Shown here in pieces: positions 50,977 to 60,177 of a stretch of DNA of 64,000 nucleotides (positions within the stretch are counted from its first letter, which is position 1; the number at the start of each line of letters is the position of its first letter). This stretch comes from Promethearchaeia archaeon. Its GTDB lineage: Archaea; Asgardarchaeota; Lokiarchaeia; Sigyniarchaeales; SOKP01. Both the position numbers and the translations under genes were made by a program. The notes under the pieces are model-generated. The model made no database searches and was not told where the DNA came from. It saw only the letters and a list, made by a program, of their open reading frames with translations. The stretch covers positions 32,001-96,000 of the forward strand of contig JAHQWG010000046.1 of NCBI GenBank assembly GCA_029856045.1, written 5' to 3'.

Positions 50977-52941
50977 ATGGAAACTGAAGAAATAAGAATA
51001 TTTGTAGCAGTATGTCGTTGAGGGATAAATATTGGTGGATACATCGATACAAAAGCTTTAGCTGAATATGCCAAAACATTACCTAATGTTGTAGCATCAA
51101 CAGACTACATAAGTATGTGTACCGAAGGAGGTGCAGTATTTATAAAAGAGAACATGGAAGAAGCCAATTGTAATAGACTAATAGTTTGTGCTTGAACCCC
51201 AATAACACATGAACCCGTATTTAAGAAGGTTCTGGAAGGAATTAATATTGATCCATCTTATTTAGAATTTTGCAATATTAGGGAGCATTCATCATTAGTC
51301 CATATGCATGATAAAGAAGGCGCATTAAAGGTGGCAAAAGATTTGCTTCGTTCAGCTGTAGCAAGAGCTTTAAAATTAGAAAGAGTTCTAATTAGAGAGG
51401 TTGATGTAATCGATAAGATACTAATCATTGGTGGAGGAGTTGCTGGTTTAAAGACTGCTATTGAATTAGCAGAAGAAAATTTCGAAGTATTTTTAGTGGA
51501 AAAAGAACCCACAATTGGTGGGAAGATGGCGATGCTTGACAGAACATTCCCTACTGACGATTGTAGCATTTGAATTTTGGGACCTATAATGCTAGATGTT
51601 GCCCGAAATGAAAAAATAAGATTATTTACATATTCTGAAGTATCAGATATATCAGGATATATAGGGAATTTTTCTGTTGAAATTACTAAAAAGCCAAGAT
51701 ATGTGAAGGATATTTGCAATGGCTGCAGTGCATGTATGGATGTTTGCCCCGCGCATGGTTATAACGAATTTAATCTTGGATTAAATCCTAGACCTGCGAT
51801 TTATATTAGTTTTCCACAGGCAGTTCCTTCACTTGCCCAAATTGATATGGATAAATGCATCAAATGTGGTTTATGCATTGAGGCTTGTGAGTTAGAAGCA
51901 ATAGATTTTGACCAAAAAACTGAAAAAATAAATGTAGAAGTGGGAACAATATCTGTAGCTACTGGTTGGGACGAATATATTCCAGAGGATGGTTATTTAG
52001 GATATAATAAATATGATAACGTGATTACTCAATTACAACTTGAACGAATTTTAGCACCAAATGGGCCAACAATGGGGCAACTTGTAAGACCATCTGATGG
52101 AAAGGAACCCAAAAGGATTTTATTTATACAATGTGTTGGCTCGCGAGATCTTAATAGAAACGTATATTGTTCAAGTGGAGTATGTTGTATGGTAAGTATA
52201 AAGAATTCAAAACTTATTAAACAGCATTACCCAGATGCAGATATTACCGTTGCTTACATGGATATACGTGCATCGGGAAAATATTATGAGGAATATTACA
52301 CTGCTTCTAGAATAGCAGGTGTAAAGTATTTAAGAACTAATATTTCTCGAATTGAAGAGGTTTCTGAAACGAAAAACTTGAAAATTTTAGTCCAAGATAC
52401 ATTAAGAGAATCTTTAGGTGTTCAAGAGATGGAATTTGATTTAATTATTCTATCTGCTGCTATGATACCTAATTATGATATATTATCGCTGAATAAAGTA
52501 TTAAAATTGGAAGTTTCTCCGGATGGTTTTTTCAAAGAAACACACGCAAGATTAGAACCAATAAATACTAAAATTCCAGGTATATCGCTTGCAGGTGTTT
52601 CTCAAGGTCCAAAGTCTATTGCTGAGTCGATTATGCAAGCCGGGGGATCCGCATCATCAGCGGGTAAATTAATGACACGCAAAAAATATAAAATAGATCT
52701 GATAATTGCAGAGGTCGACAAGGAAAAATGTAGCAAATGTGGGTTATGTATTTTAAACTGCTCATATAATGCTATTAATATGACGGAAGATGGAGCTGAA
52801 GTTGATGAAATTAACTGTCGGGGTTGCGGTTCATGCCTTTCAAATTGTCCAAGTGAGGCAATAACTTTAAGATATTACAGAGAATCACACTATGAAGCCC
52901 AAATTGATGCAATATTAAAGGAGTTTGAAGAGGTGGCATAA
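50977..52941 (+). CDS. hdrA: Heterodisulfide reductase subunit A-like flavoprotein, selenoprotein with 3 Sec (654 aa)
   Basis: One continuous frame from ATG 50977, with TGA at 51019 (VCRUGINIGG), 51193 (CAUTPITHEP) and 51571 (FPTDDCSIUILGP), each at a conserved HdrA Cys. Also GGGVAG FAD motif, QCVGSRD, ferredoxin motifs. Confidence 0.95.
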
Positions 52942-52945
52942 AAAG

Positions 52946-53362
52946 ATGGAAGATTTTAAAATTTTAGCTTTTCTATGTTTGAAATGAGGTTATGGAGCGG
53001 CAGATATGGCTGGAACGATTCGTGCACAATATCCTACCACAATTAGACCAATTAGAGTAAACTGTACTGCAAGAGTAACTCCAAGTTTAATCATGAGATC
53101 AATTGGTAATGGAGCCGATGGAGTATTGGTAATTGGGTGATATCCAGGTGAATGTGATTATGAAATTGGAAATAAAGTTGCTTTAAAAAATGTGGAATAT
53201 GCACAAGAAATCTTAAAAACTATTGGTTTTAACCCAGAGAGAGTATTAATGGAGTATTGTAGCTCAGCCGAAGGAGATAAATTTCAAAAAACTGCAATAA
53301 ATACTTCGGAAAAGATTAATAAACTTGGAAAAAATCCCCTCAACAAATTAAAAACCGAATAG
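52946..53362 (+). CDS. mvhD: MvhD/VhuD/FlpD [2Fe-2S] subunit, selenoprotein with 2 Sec (138 aa); absent from the ORF track
   Basis: MEDFKILAFLCLKUGYGAADMAG...IRVNCTARV...GADGVLVIGUYPGECDY...NPERV...SSAEG. TGA at 52985 and 53138; TAG at 53360-53362; GAGGTG SD inside the hdrA 3' end. Confidence 0.95.
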
Positions 53363-53386
53363 AATGAATAATATGAATAAATTCTA

Positions 53387-53429
53387 GTTGTATTATGACT
53401 TCCTATTGCAATAGGATTCGGAATTACAC
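53387..53429 (+). promoter_or_regulatory. Candidate SECIS element (eukaryote-like AUGA/GA core) in the 3' UTR
   Basis: UGUA-UU-AUGA(53395-98)-CU-UCCUAUU-GC-AAUAGGA-UUCG-GA(53421-22)-AU-UACA, followed by a U-tract. Confidence 0.75.
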
Positions 53430-53475
53430 TTTTTTAATTTTTATGGAAATATTTAAAAAAACTTAATGAAAATTA

Positions 53476-53868
53476 GTGTTAAGCAATACGAAAGAAATTA
53501 TTATTGAGAATGATAAAATTGGTGAAATTAAAGCAGAATTATTACTAGATAAAAACCCAAAAACATGTAAAGCAATTTGGGACAATTTACCCTTAAAAAT
53601 ATCATTATCACGGTGGGGTGATGAATTATATGGTTCAATTCCTATAAAAATTGAGAGAGAAAACGCACAAGAAGATTGTGAAGTTGGTGATGTAGCTTAT
53701 TGGATTCAAGGAACTGGATTTTGTATTATGTTTGGATTGACTCCAGTTAGTAAAGGGGATAAACCGAGAGCTATTTCACCTGTAAATGTTTTTGCAAAAA
53801 TTGAAGGAGATATTTCAATCTTCAAACAGTTTGAAACATTTGAAGGAACTGTTAAAAAAGGGAAATAA
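53476..53868 (+). CDS. Cyclophilin-like fold protein (DUF369/TM1367-like)
   Basis: NPKTCKAIWDNLP, RWGDELY, GDVAYW, CIMFGLTP, SPVNVF. Confidence 0.85.
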   Translation: MLSNTKEIIIENDKIGEIKAELLLDKNPKTCKAIWDNLPLKISLSRWGDELYGSIPIKIERENAQEDCEVGDVAYWIQGTGFCIMFGLTPVSKGDKPRAISPVNVFAKIEGDISIFKQFETFEGTVKKGK

Positions 53869-53971
53869 TTAGCTTTTCTATAAAAAATCTGAATATTATG
53901 ATTTTTTATAAAATTTAAAAAAGGAAATATTCTTATTTTTTAATAATTTATTCATTCAGCAAAGTCTTCCG

Positions 53972-55294
53972 ATGAAAGAGAGAGATAAACAAAGCTTAAT
54001 CGAATCTGCAAATAAAAAATTAAATAAAGCAGAAAGATTTTTCGAAATAGAAAATTATAATAAAGCTGCGAAACATTTCATTAAAGCTGGAGAAGATTTC
54101 TATAAAGTTGGGGAATATGATGCTGCAGAAAAAATCTTTTTAATGGTAAGTAAATCTTATGAATATAGTCAAGAATATGAGAATATATTAACCTATTACA
54201 GGAAAGCAGCCAATGCCAGTTTAATGATAGATGAGTTTAATAAAGCAGGACGAAATTTTCAACTAGCAGCGAAATATGCTTTAAAAAGAGAAAAGAGTAA
54301 AGATCGAGATTTTGATGCATTGTTTTGTAGTAGCTTTTCATATTTCTGTTATTTCTTATTGGGACGACAAGATGAAGGATTAAAATATATAAAATCAATA
54401 AAAGTCAAGGTGGATATGGATTCTTTTAGAGAGAACATATTTACTCAACTAATAAAAAACACAACAACTGCAATTATTGAAAAAAATATTAAATCCTTAA
54501 AGGAAATTGAAAATAATTTGGAAGAGTATAAATTTAAAAGTGGAGAAATACGATTAATAAAATTTGTATTACTTTTAGCCTATATTAATTTATCAATAAA
54601 AAATCAGCTAAATTTTCAAAAGAATAATTTCACAACTGATGAAAAAATTGATTGTTCTCTTGATATTGATACAAAACTTTTACTTAATTTAACAGAAGAT
54701 AAAGGTTTGAATTTTGAAATTAAAAAGCTAACTTTTAATAATATTAGAATTGCCCATTCAGATAATTTATCAATAATTAGAAAGCCAAGATTACCAATTG
54801 AATTGAATAAAGGAGAACATATTAATTTAAAGTTTAAAGCCGTTTCAAATTTTCCTGATCCAGAATCATCTTTTGGTCCAATATTAATAACATCAAATAT
54901 AAATGATTTTTTAACATTTCATATTAAATCAAAATCACAGCATTTAAACATTAGTTCTCCTCCTACACAGCTTGGAGTTTATTTTAAAAATTTAAAAACT
55001 CCATTAATAAATCAGACTTTTCCATTGGAAATAACTGTCTCTAATAAAAGCACCGGAGAAGCTTTAGAAATCGAAATTGAACTAGAATTCCCCGAGGAAT
55101 TAAAAGTTATACGCGGGACAACTAAGAAACAGCTATATTCAATCAGACCAAATGAAGATATAAGATGGGAAATTCAAATTAAGCCACTTGAACCAGGTGA
55201 ATTTGAAATAAATACAACAGTAAAATATAAAGACAGTGATAATAACATTATTGGTCCAAAATCAAAAGTATATCCAATGAAAATAAAGCTATAA
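53972..55294 (+). CDS. TPR/SNAP-like helical repeats fused to C-terminal Ig-like beta domains
   Basis: N-terminal AAKHFIKAG/AGRNFQLAA repeats. C-terminal LEITVSNKS.GEA...IRPNE...IKPLEPGEF...VKYKD. Confidence 0.7.
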   Translation: MKERDKQSLIESANKKLNKAERFFEIENYNKAAKHFIKAGEDFYKVGEYDAAEKIFLMVSKSYEYSQEYENILTYYRKAANASLMIDEFNKAGRNFQLAAKYALKREKSKDRDFDALFCSSFSYFCYFLLGRQDEGLKYIKSIKVKVDMDSFRENIFTQLIKNTTTAIIEKNIKSLKEIENNLEEYKFKSGEIRLIKFVLLLAYINLSIKNQLNFQKNNFTTDEKIDCSLDIDTKLLLNLTEDKGLNFEIKKLTFNNIRIAHSDNLSIIRKPRLPIELNKGEHINLKFKAVSNFPDPESSFGPILITSNINDFLTFHIKSKSQHLNISSPPTQLGVYFKNLKTPLINQTFPLEITVSNKSTGEALEIEIELEFPEELKVIRGTTKKQLYSIRPNEDIRWEIQIKPLEPGEFEINTTVKYKDSDNNIIGPKSKVYPMKIKL

Positions 55295-55336
55295 AAATTG
55301 TTTAAAAAATAAATTTTTTCGTGTTTTTTTTATATT

Positions 55337-56593
55337 TTAAACACGCTCAATTATCATACCTCCTAAAATAACCGGGCTTGATGCGTTGAAAAGTTCAGTT
55401 GCTTTCTCTAATTTTGAATTATCTTTCGCATAAATTTTAAAAATTAGATCTCCTTCTTTAACCAGCGCACCAATTTTTTTGAAGAGTTCGATCCCGGCTG
55501 ATTTTTCTTGTGGACAGCCAGCCGTTTTAGCAATTTTATTAATTATTGAATTATCAATATCGGTTACATAGCCTGATTTGGCTGAGAAGAATTCTGCTTC
55601 TAAGGGACCTACTTCAATATCTTCAGGTTTGATATTTGGATTTCCCTCTTGGATTTCTATGATTTTCTTCATTTTTTCTAATGCTTTTCCGGATCTTAAT
55701 ATATTTTTTGCCATATGTTGTCCAGTTCCTTGTTGGGCTTTTCCACCCATTTCTAATAGGATACCCGCTAAATCAGTTGATTTTTCAATTAAAGAATTTG
55801 GTCCTTTTTTATAATCATATAAAAGGTATAAGGCTTCTCGTGCTTCTATTGCTGGACCTACACAATGTCCAATAGGTTGGATTGCATTTGTTAAGGCACA
55901 TTCCGTTTCAATTTTTACTTTTTTTGAGATTTCTTTAAAAAATAACGCAAATTTACGTCCTTCATCTGCATTCTTAAATTTAGTACCTTTTCCGCAAGGA
56001 ATATCTAAAACAAGCTTTTTTACACCCATAGACATTTTTTTTGCAAGAATTGACGGAATCATTAATCCAAATGGATCTAAGTGCAATTTTTTCTCAATTT
56101 TAATCAAGAGCGAATCTGCTGGGACTGTTTCAAGATGCCCCCCCCATATAATACAAGCACCATTTTTTTTAACCATTTCTTTAACTTCATCAGATTTAAA
56201 TTTAACTGGAGCAAGTGTTTCCATTGAATCAGCAGTACCAGAAGGGGATGTGATTGCTCTTGTAGAAGTTTTTGGAATAATCAACCCAGCAGCTGCAACT
56301 ATTGGGACAATTATTAAACTAACTTTATTACCTGGAACTCCACCAGTGCTATGTTTATCATACACATCTGAACCAAAATCAAATATATTTCCTGTGCTAA
56401 CTTCTGCTAGTGTTAAACTTACAATTTCTTGATTCATCAATCCATGTATCTTTACTGCAGTAACAAATGCCGCTAGTTCTACATCTGATAATCTTCCATT
56501 AACTATATCGTTAATAATTTCATTAATTTCCGATGCAGATAATATTTTCCCTTTAACCTTCTTTAAAATACAATCATAACTTATTGAAGACAT
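55337..56593 (-). CDS. deoA: AMP phosphorylase (thymidine phosphorylase family)
   Basis: DKHSTGGVPGNK, KTSTRAITSPSGTAD, DIPCGKGTK, QPIGHCVGP. Confidence 0.9.
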   Translation of the reverse strand: MSSISYDCILKKVKGKILSASEINEIINDIVNGRLSDVELAAFVTAVKIHGLMNQEIVSLTLAEVSTGNIFDFGSDVYDKHSTGGVPGNKVSLIIVPIVAAAGLIIPKTSTRAITSPSGTADSMETLAPVKFKSDEVKEMVKKNGACIIWGGHLETVPADSLLIKIEKKLHLDPFGLMIPSILAKKMSMGVKKLVLDIPCGKGTKFKNADEGRKFALFFKEISKKVKIETECALTNAIQPIGHCVGPAIEAREALYLLYDYKKGPNSLIEKSTDLAGILLEMGGKAQQGTGQHMAKNILRSGKALEKMKKIIEIQEGNPNIKPEDIEVGPLEAEFFSAKSGYVTDIDNSIINKIAKTAGCPQEKSAGIELFKKIGALVKEGDLIFKIYAKDNSKLEKATELFNASSPVILGGMIIERV

Positions 56594-56825
56594 AAAATCA
56601 TGTTAGGTAATGAATCGATTATATTATATTAATATAAATGGATTCAATAATTTAATATTGCCGTTAGAGAAAAAAATAGACAATTTAATGTATAATTAAT
56701 TATTTAATCGTTCCAATCGTTATAGTTGGATGCATTTATTGAAAGAGAGGTTAAAATTAATCGTTCTAGTACTAATAATGTACCTATTTTATTAATATCA
56801 AATTTAAAAAAAAATTATAATTCGA

Positions 56826-57161
56826 TTAATAATTTACCCAGATTCCTATAAGTGTGCCATATAAAAAAAACAATATTGGCAAAAACACTATAATAATTAT
56901 AATTATTAAAATATATTTTAAAGAACTACGAGAAATATGTAATTTTTTACCAATTTTATATCGATGGTAAATATTTATACAAATTATAACACCAAGTATT
57001 GAAAGGGTTATCATCCAATAATATATTAAATAATATGCCACAAAAGCTATAAGTGCAATAAGATATGGATAAATAAATAAGCTTGCAATAATTGCTCCAA
57101 CTGTTATAATTAGTAAAATAATAATCTGAATATCTTTTTTTTCTATTCTATCTGAAGACAA
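56826..57161 (-). CDS. Small membrane protein
   Basis: Hydrophobic 111-aa ORF with TTG start. Confidence 0.6.
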   Translation of the reverse strand: MSSDRIEKKDIQIIILLIITVGAIIASLFIYPYLIALIAFVAYYLIYYWMITLSILGVIICINIYHRYKIGKKLHISRSSLKYILIIIIIIVFLPILFFLYGTLIGIWVNY

Positions 57162-57686
57162 TAAATCATACTCTTATTTTTTATAAATTTTATATTTTTT
57201 TTTTGTTTATAAAATTTTTCTTTTCCATTTTTTATCTAGAATTAAAGATTAAATTTTAAAGTTTCCAAATTCCTTAATATTGCCAAAATGATGAAGTTTA
57301 TACAGATTATTGGTAGAATTGTTTAGATTTGTTCATTCAGAATTTAATATAAATTGGATAAAATCATTAGGAAATAGTAAAAAATTTTTAAAAATTTTTT
57401 TTCTAATATCGGAAAAGATACGAAAAATTGTAATTTGCAAAATTGCTCAAAAGATTCTATTTTATTTGAAATATTTTTTTTAAATTTTATCAAAGTTTAG
57501 TAAATATTATTAAATTGATTAGGAGTGATGTTTTTAACAATCTTCTTAAAAATATCTTGAAATTTAAAATACAGCATTTTAATTTAATTGAGTTTGCAAT
57601 TAAATGAAATTGATTAAAGAATAAGTTAAGAATTTAATTAACAATTTTTAAGTTTAAACAACTAAAATTGAGTGTTTTTTTCTAAC

Positions 57687-58889
57687 TCATTTTATTTTTA
57701 AATCTATAGTTTTAATCGCATTAAAACATATATCCAAACAACCGTTGAGAATTTCAGAAGAACATTTTTCAGGAGAATCTTTTATCGAATGAATAACTTC
57801 ACAATCCTTAACTGAATGAAAACAGCATATTTGAAATTTTTTATTAGTTTTTTTTACAAACGATCGAAATGATTTATGATCACTATCAATTCCAATTTTT
57901 TTCCTGTATTTTATTATACAGATATTCAATCTTTTTGCAGATACTTCAAGAATATCATTCAAATGATTATTAATTTTTCGTTTTTTAATTAAGCCAATTT
58001 TATCTAAAAGTCCAATATAGGTTCCTACCATATCAATGTTAATATTAAAAGAATTGTAAAGATCAAAATCTTGATTTAATTCATCAAAATATCTCTCACA
58101 GAATTTTTTTGAGCCTTTTAAACCAAATTCTTCAGCACCGCACCACAGAAACAGAAGATTTATTTTTTCGGGAGGATATTCTTTAAAGAGTTTTGCCAAT
58201 TCAATCAAAATAGCAACCCCACTCGCATTATCAATCGAACCAGTTGATTCACTCGTTTTAATACGTGAAATAAAAAAAAAAAATGGTAATATTATACATA
58301 TTCCAATTAAAGAAGATGCTCCAATAAATAATTTGAAAAATTCACTAATAGACCACTCAAAATAAGATCCAATATATACAATTGATGAAATAATTATAAT
58401 TAATAAAAAATAAGGTGTTATAATAATTGTTAATAATAAATTTAAAAATCTCTGCCATTTAAAGGTAAATTTTGACAAAATAGAATCATAGTGAGCTGAA
58501 AAAATAACTAAAGGTCGCTTTAATTCATTATTTTTTGCCGGTATTTTTGCTATGATATTACGTGATTTTTTTTTTCTTATTAATGAAATATTACGCATTT
58601 TATTAGACATAAATCTTAAAACGAAATATATTATTAAAATCAGAATCAAACGTAGAATGAACAAAAAACTTAAGATAATTATATATATTATTCTTATTAA
58701 TAAACGATTAGGACTTGTCCATTTAAAATATTCAATATTGGTTTCAATATTTTCTTTTGTTAATTCTTTTTCGATATAATTAATAGTTTTTATTTCTCCC
58801 ACAGTTGAAGCTGTACGATTAAAAGCTAAAGATTTGACATGTATTATCGTTGCTTTATCATTAAATGATTTTAAATTTGAAATAGACAT
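57687..58889 (-). CDS. M28-family zinc metallopeptidase with transmembrane segments
   Basis: SAHYDS, GSIDNASG, GAEEFGLKGS, NIDMVG, SDH, IHS..D. Confidence 0.88.
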   Translation of the reverse strand: MSISNLKSFNDKATIIHVKSLAFNRTASTVGEIKTINYIEKELTKENIETNIEYFKWTSPNRLLIRIIYIIILSFLFILRLILILIIYFVLRFMSNKMRNISLIRKKKSRNIIAKIPAKNNELKRPLVIFSAHYDSILSKFTFKWQRFLNLLLTIIITPYFLLIIIISSIVYIGSYFEWSISEFFKLFIGASSLIGICIILPFFFFISRIKTSESTGSIDNASGVAILIELAKLFKEYPPEKINLLFLWCGAEEFGLKGSKKFCERYFDELNQDFDLYNSFNINIDMVGTYIGLLDKIGLIKKRKINNHLNDILEVSAKRLNICIIKYRKKIGIDSDHKSFRSFVKKTNKKFQICCFHSVKDCEVIHSIKDSPEKCSSEILNGCLDICFNAIKTIDLKIK

Positions 58890-59117
58890 AATAATTTATT
58901 CGAAAAATGAAAATTTAATTTTCTTCATAACTGTACTTATAAAAATAAGGCTTAATTTTAATTTTTTCAATTAAAAATTGTAAGAATTAAAAAATACTCG
59001 ATTATAAAGAAGTGTGCATTTGTAATTTATTAATGAGTTTTTAATTTTAGCGTCGAAAAATAAAGAAAATAAAATTTAATCGAAAATATAACCTACTCGT
59101 TTGTAAAGTTATCCATG

Positions 59118-60134
59118 TTATTTAGTCTGATTGCACCATATATAATGTTCTCCACCGAGATGTATCTTTTTAGGGACATCTTCACTGCATGCCATAGATT
59201 TACCTTGTTCGAGATATTTAGGGCATCTTGGATGAAAAGGGCATCCGGAAGGCGGATTAATTGGGCTGGGAACATCACCTTCTAAAATAACTCTGCTTGT
59301 TTTTGTAGTAGGATCAAATGTAGGTCGGGCAGATAATAATGCTCTGGTATATGGATGTGTTGGATTGTAGAAAACTTCTTCAATTGTTCCAGTCTCCACA
59401 AACTTGCCTAAATACATTACAGCAATTCTATCAGCTACGTGCTGTACTACGCTTAAATCGTGTGTAATAAATAATAAAGATAAATTAAACTTCCTCTGAA
59501 GATCTTTTAATAGATTTAAAATTTGAGCTTGAACAGATACGTCAAGGGCAGAGGTTGGTTCATCTAAAATAATAATCTCCGGATTACACGCTAGAGCTCT
59601 GGCAATTATGATTCTTTGTTTTTGACCTCCAGAAAATTCATGTGGATATCTATCCAAGTGTTCCATTTTCATGGAAACTGTTTCCAGAAGTTCAAGAACA
59701 CGCTTGCGAATTTCCCTCGTTTTCTTCATTCTTTCTAGAATTCTAAGAGGTTCTCCTATAATATTAACAATTTTCCAGCGTGGATTTAATGAGGCATCAG
59801 GATCTTGAAAGACCATTTGAATTTTCTTACGCAAATCATTAGTAAAATTGTTATCGATTCTTACTCCTTTATAATAAATTTCTCCCGATTTCGCAGAAAC
59901 TAAATTTAGAATTGTGTTACCTATTGTTGTTTTACCACATCCACTTTCTCCGACTAACCCCAGAGTTTCTTTATTATATAGGTTAAAAGTAACTCCATCT
60001 ACAGCCTTAACTTCTGCAATTTTTCTTCTAAAAAGACCACCTAAAACCGGATAATAAGTCCTAAGATTTCTTACAGATAAAATAACTTCTGGATCTCTAT
60101 CTGAATCTTCTGTTTTCTCTTCAATAAGTGTCAT
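59118..60134 (-). CDS. oppF: Oligopeptide/dipeptide ABC transporter ATPase
   Basis: GESGCGKT, YPHEFSGGQKQR, HPYT, SGCPFHPRC. Confidence 0.93.
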   Translation of the reverse strand: MTLIEEKTEDSDRDPEVILSVRNLRTYYPVLGGLFRRKIAEVKAVDGVTFNLYNKETLGLVGESGCGKTTIGNTILNLVSAKSGEIYYKGVRIDNNFTNDLRKKIQMVFQDPDASLNPRWKIVNIIGEPLRILERMKKTREIRKRVLELLETVSMKMEHLDRYPHEFSGGQKQRIIIARALACNPEIIILDEPTSALDVSVQAQILNLLKDLQRKFNLSLLFITHDLSVVQHVADRIAVMYLGKFVETGTIEEVFYNPTHPYTRALLSARPTFDPTTKTSRVILEGDVPSPINPPSGCPFHPRCPKYLEQGKSMACSEDVPKKIHLGGEHYIWCNQTK

Positions 60135-60177
60135 TTTTTTTTCCTTTTATTTCTATTATTGATATATTATTATAATT

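Noticed and set aside
51304-52941. hdrA as a split gene or pseudogene (ORFs 51304-51573 and 51577-52941)
   Set aside because: All interruptions are TGA, in one frame, at conserved Cys sites, with no frameshifts. Sec recoding explains this far better.
50977-53362. Genome-wide UGA reassignment (Trp or Gly)
   Set aside because: TGA is the normal stop for hisS, oppB, the ADP-forming ligase, the LRR gene and others, and the in-frame TGAs align with Cys.
56594-57686. Long AT-rich intergenic stretches with three AATCGTT copies, as ncRNA or CRISPR candidates
   Set aside because: No regular repeat-spacer period and no GC-rich structure.
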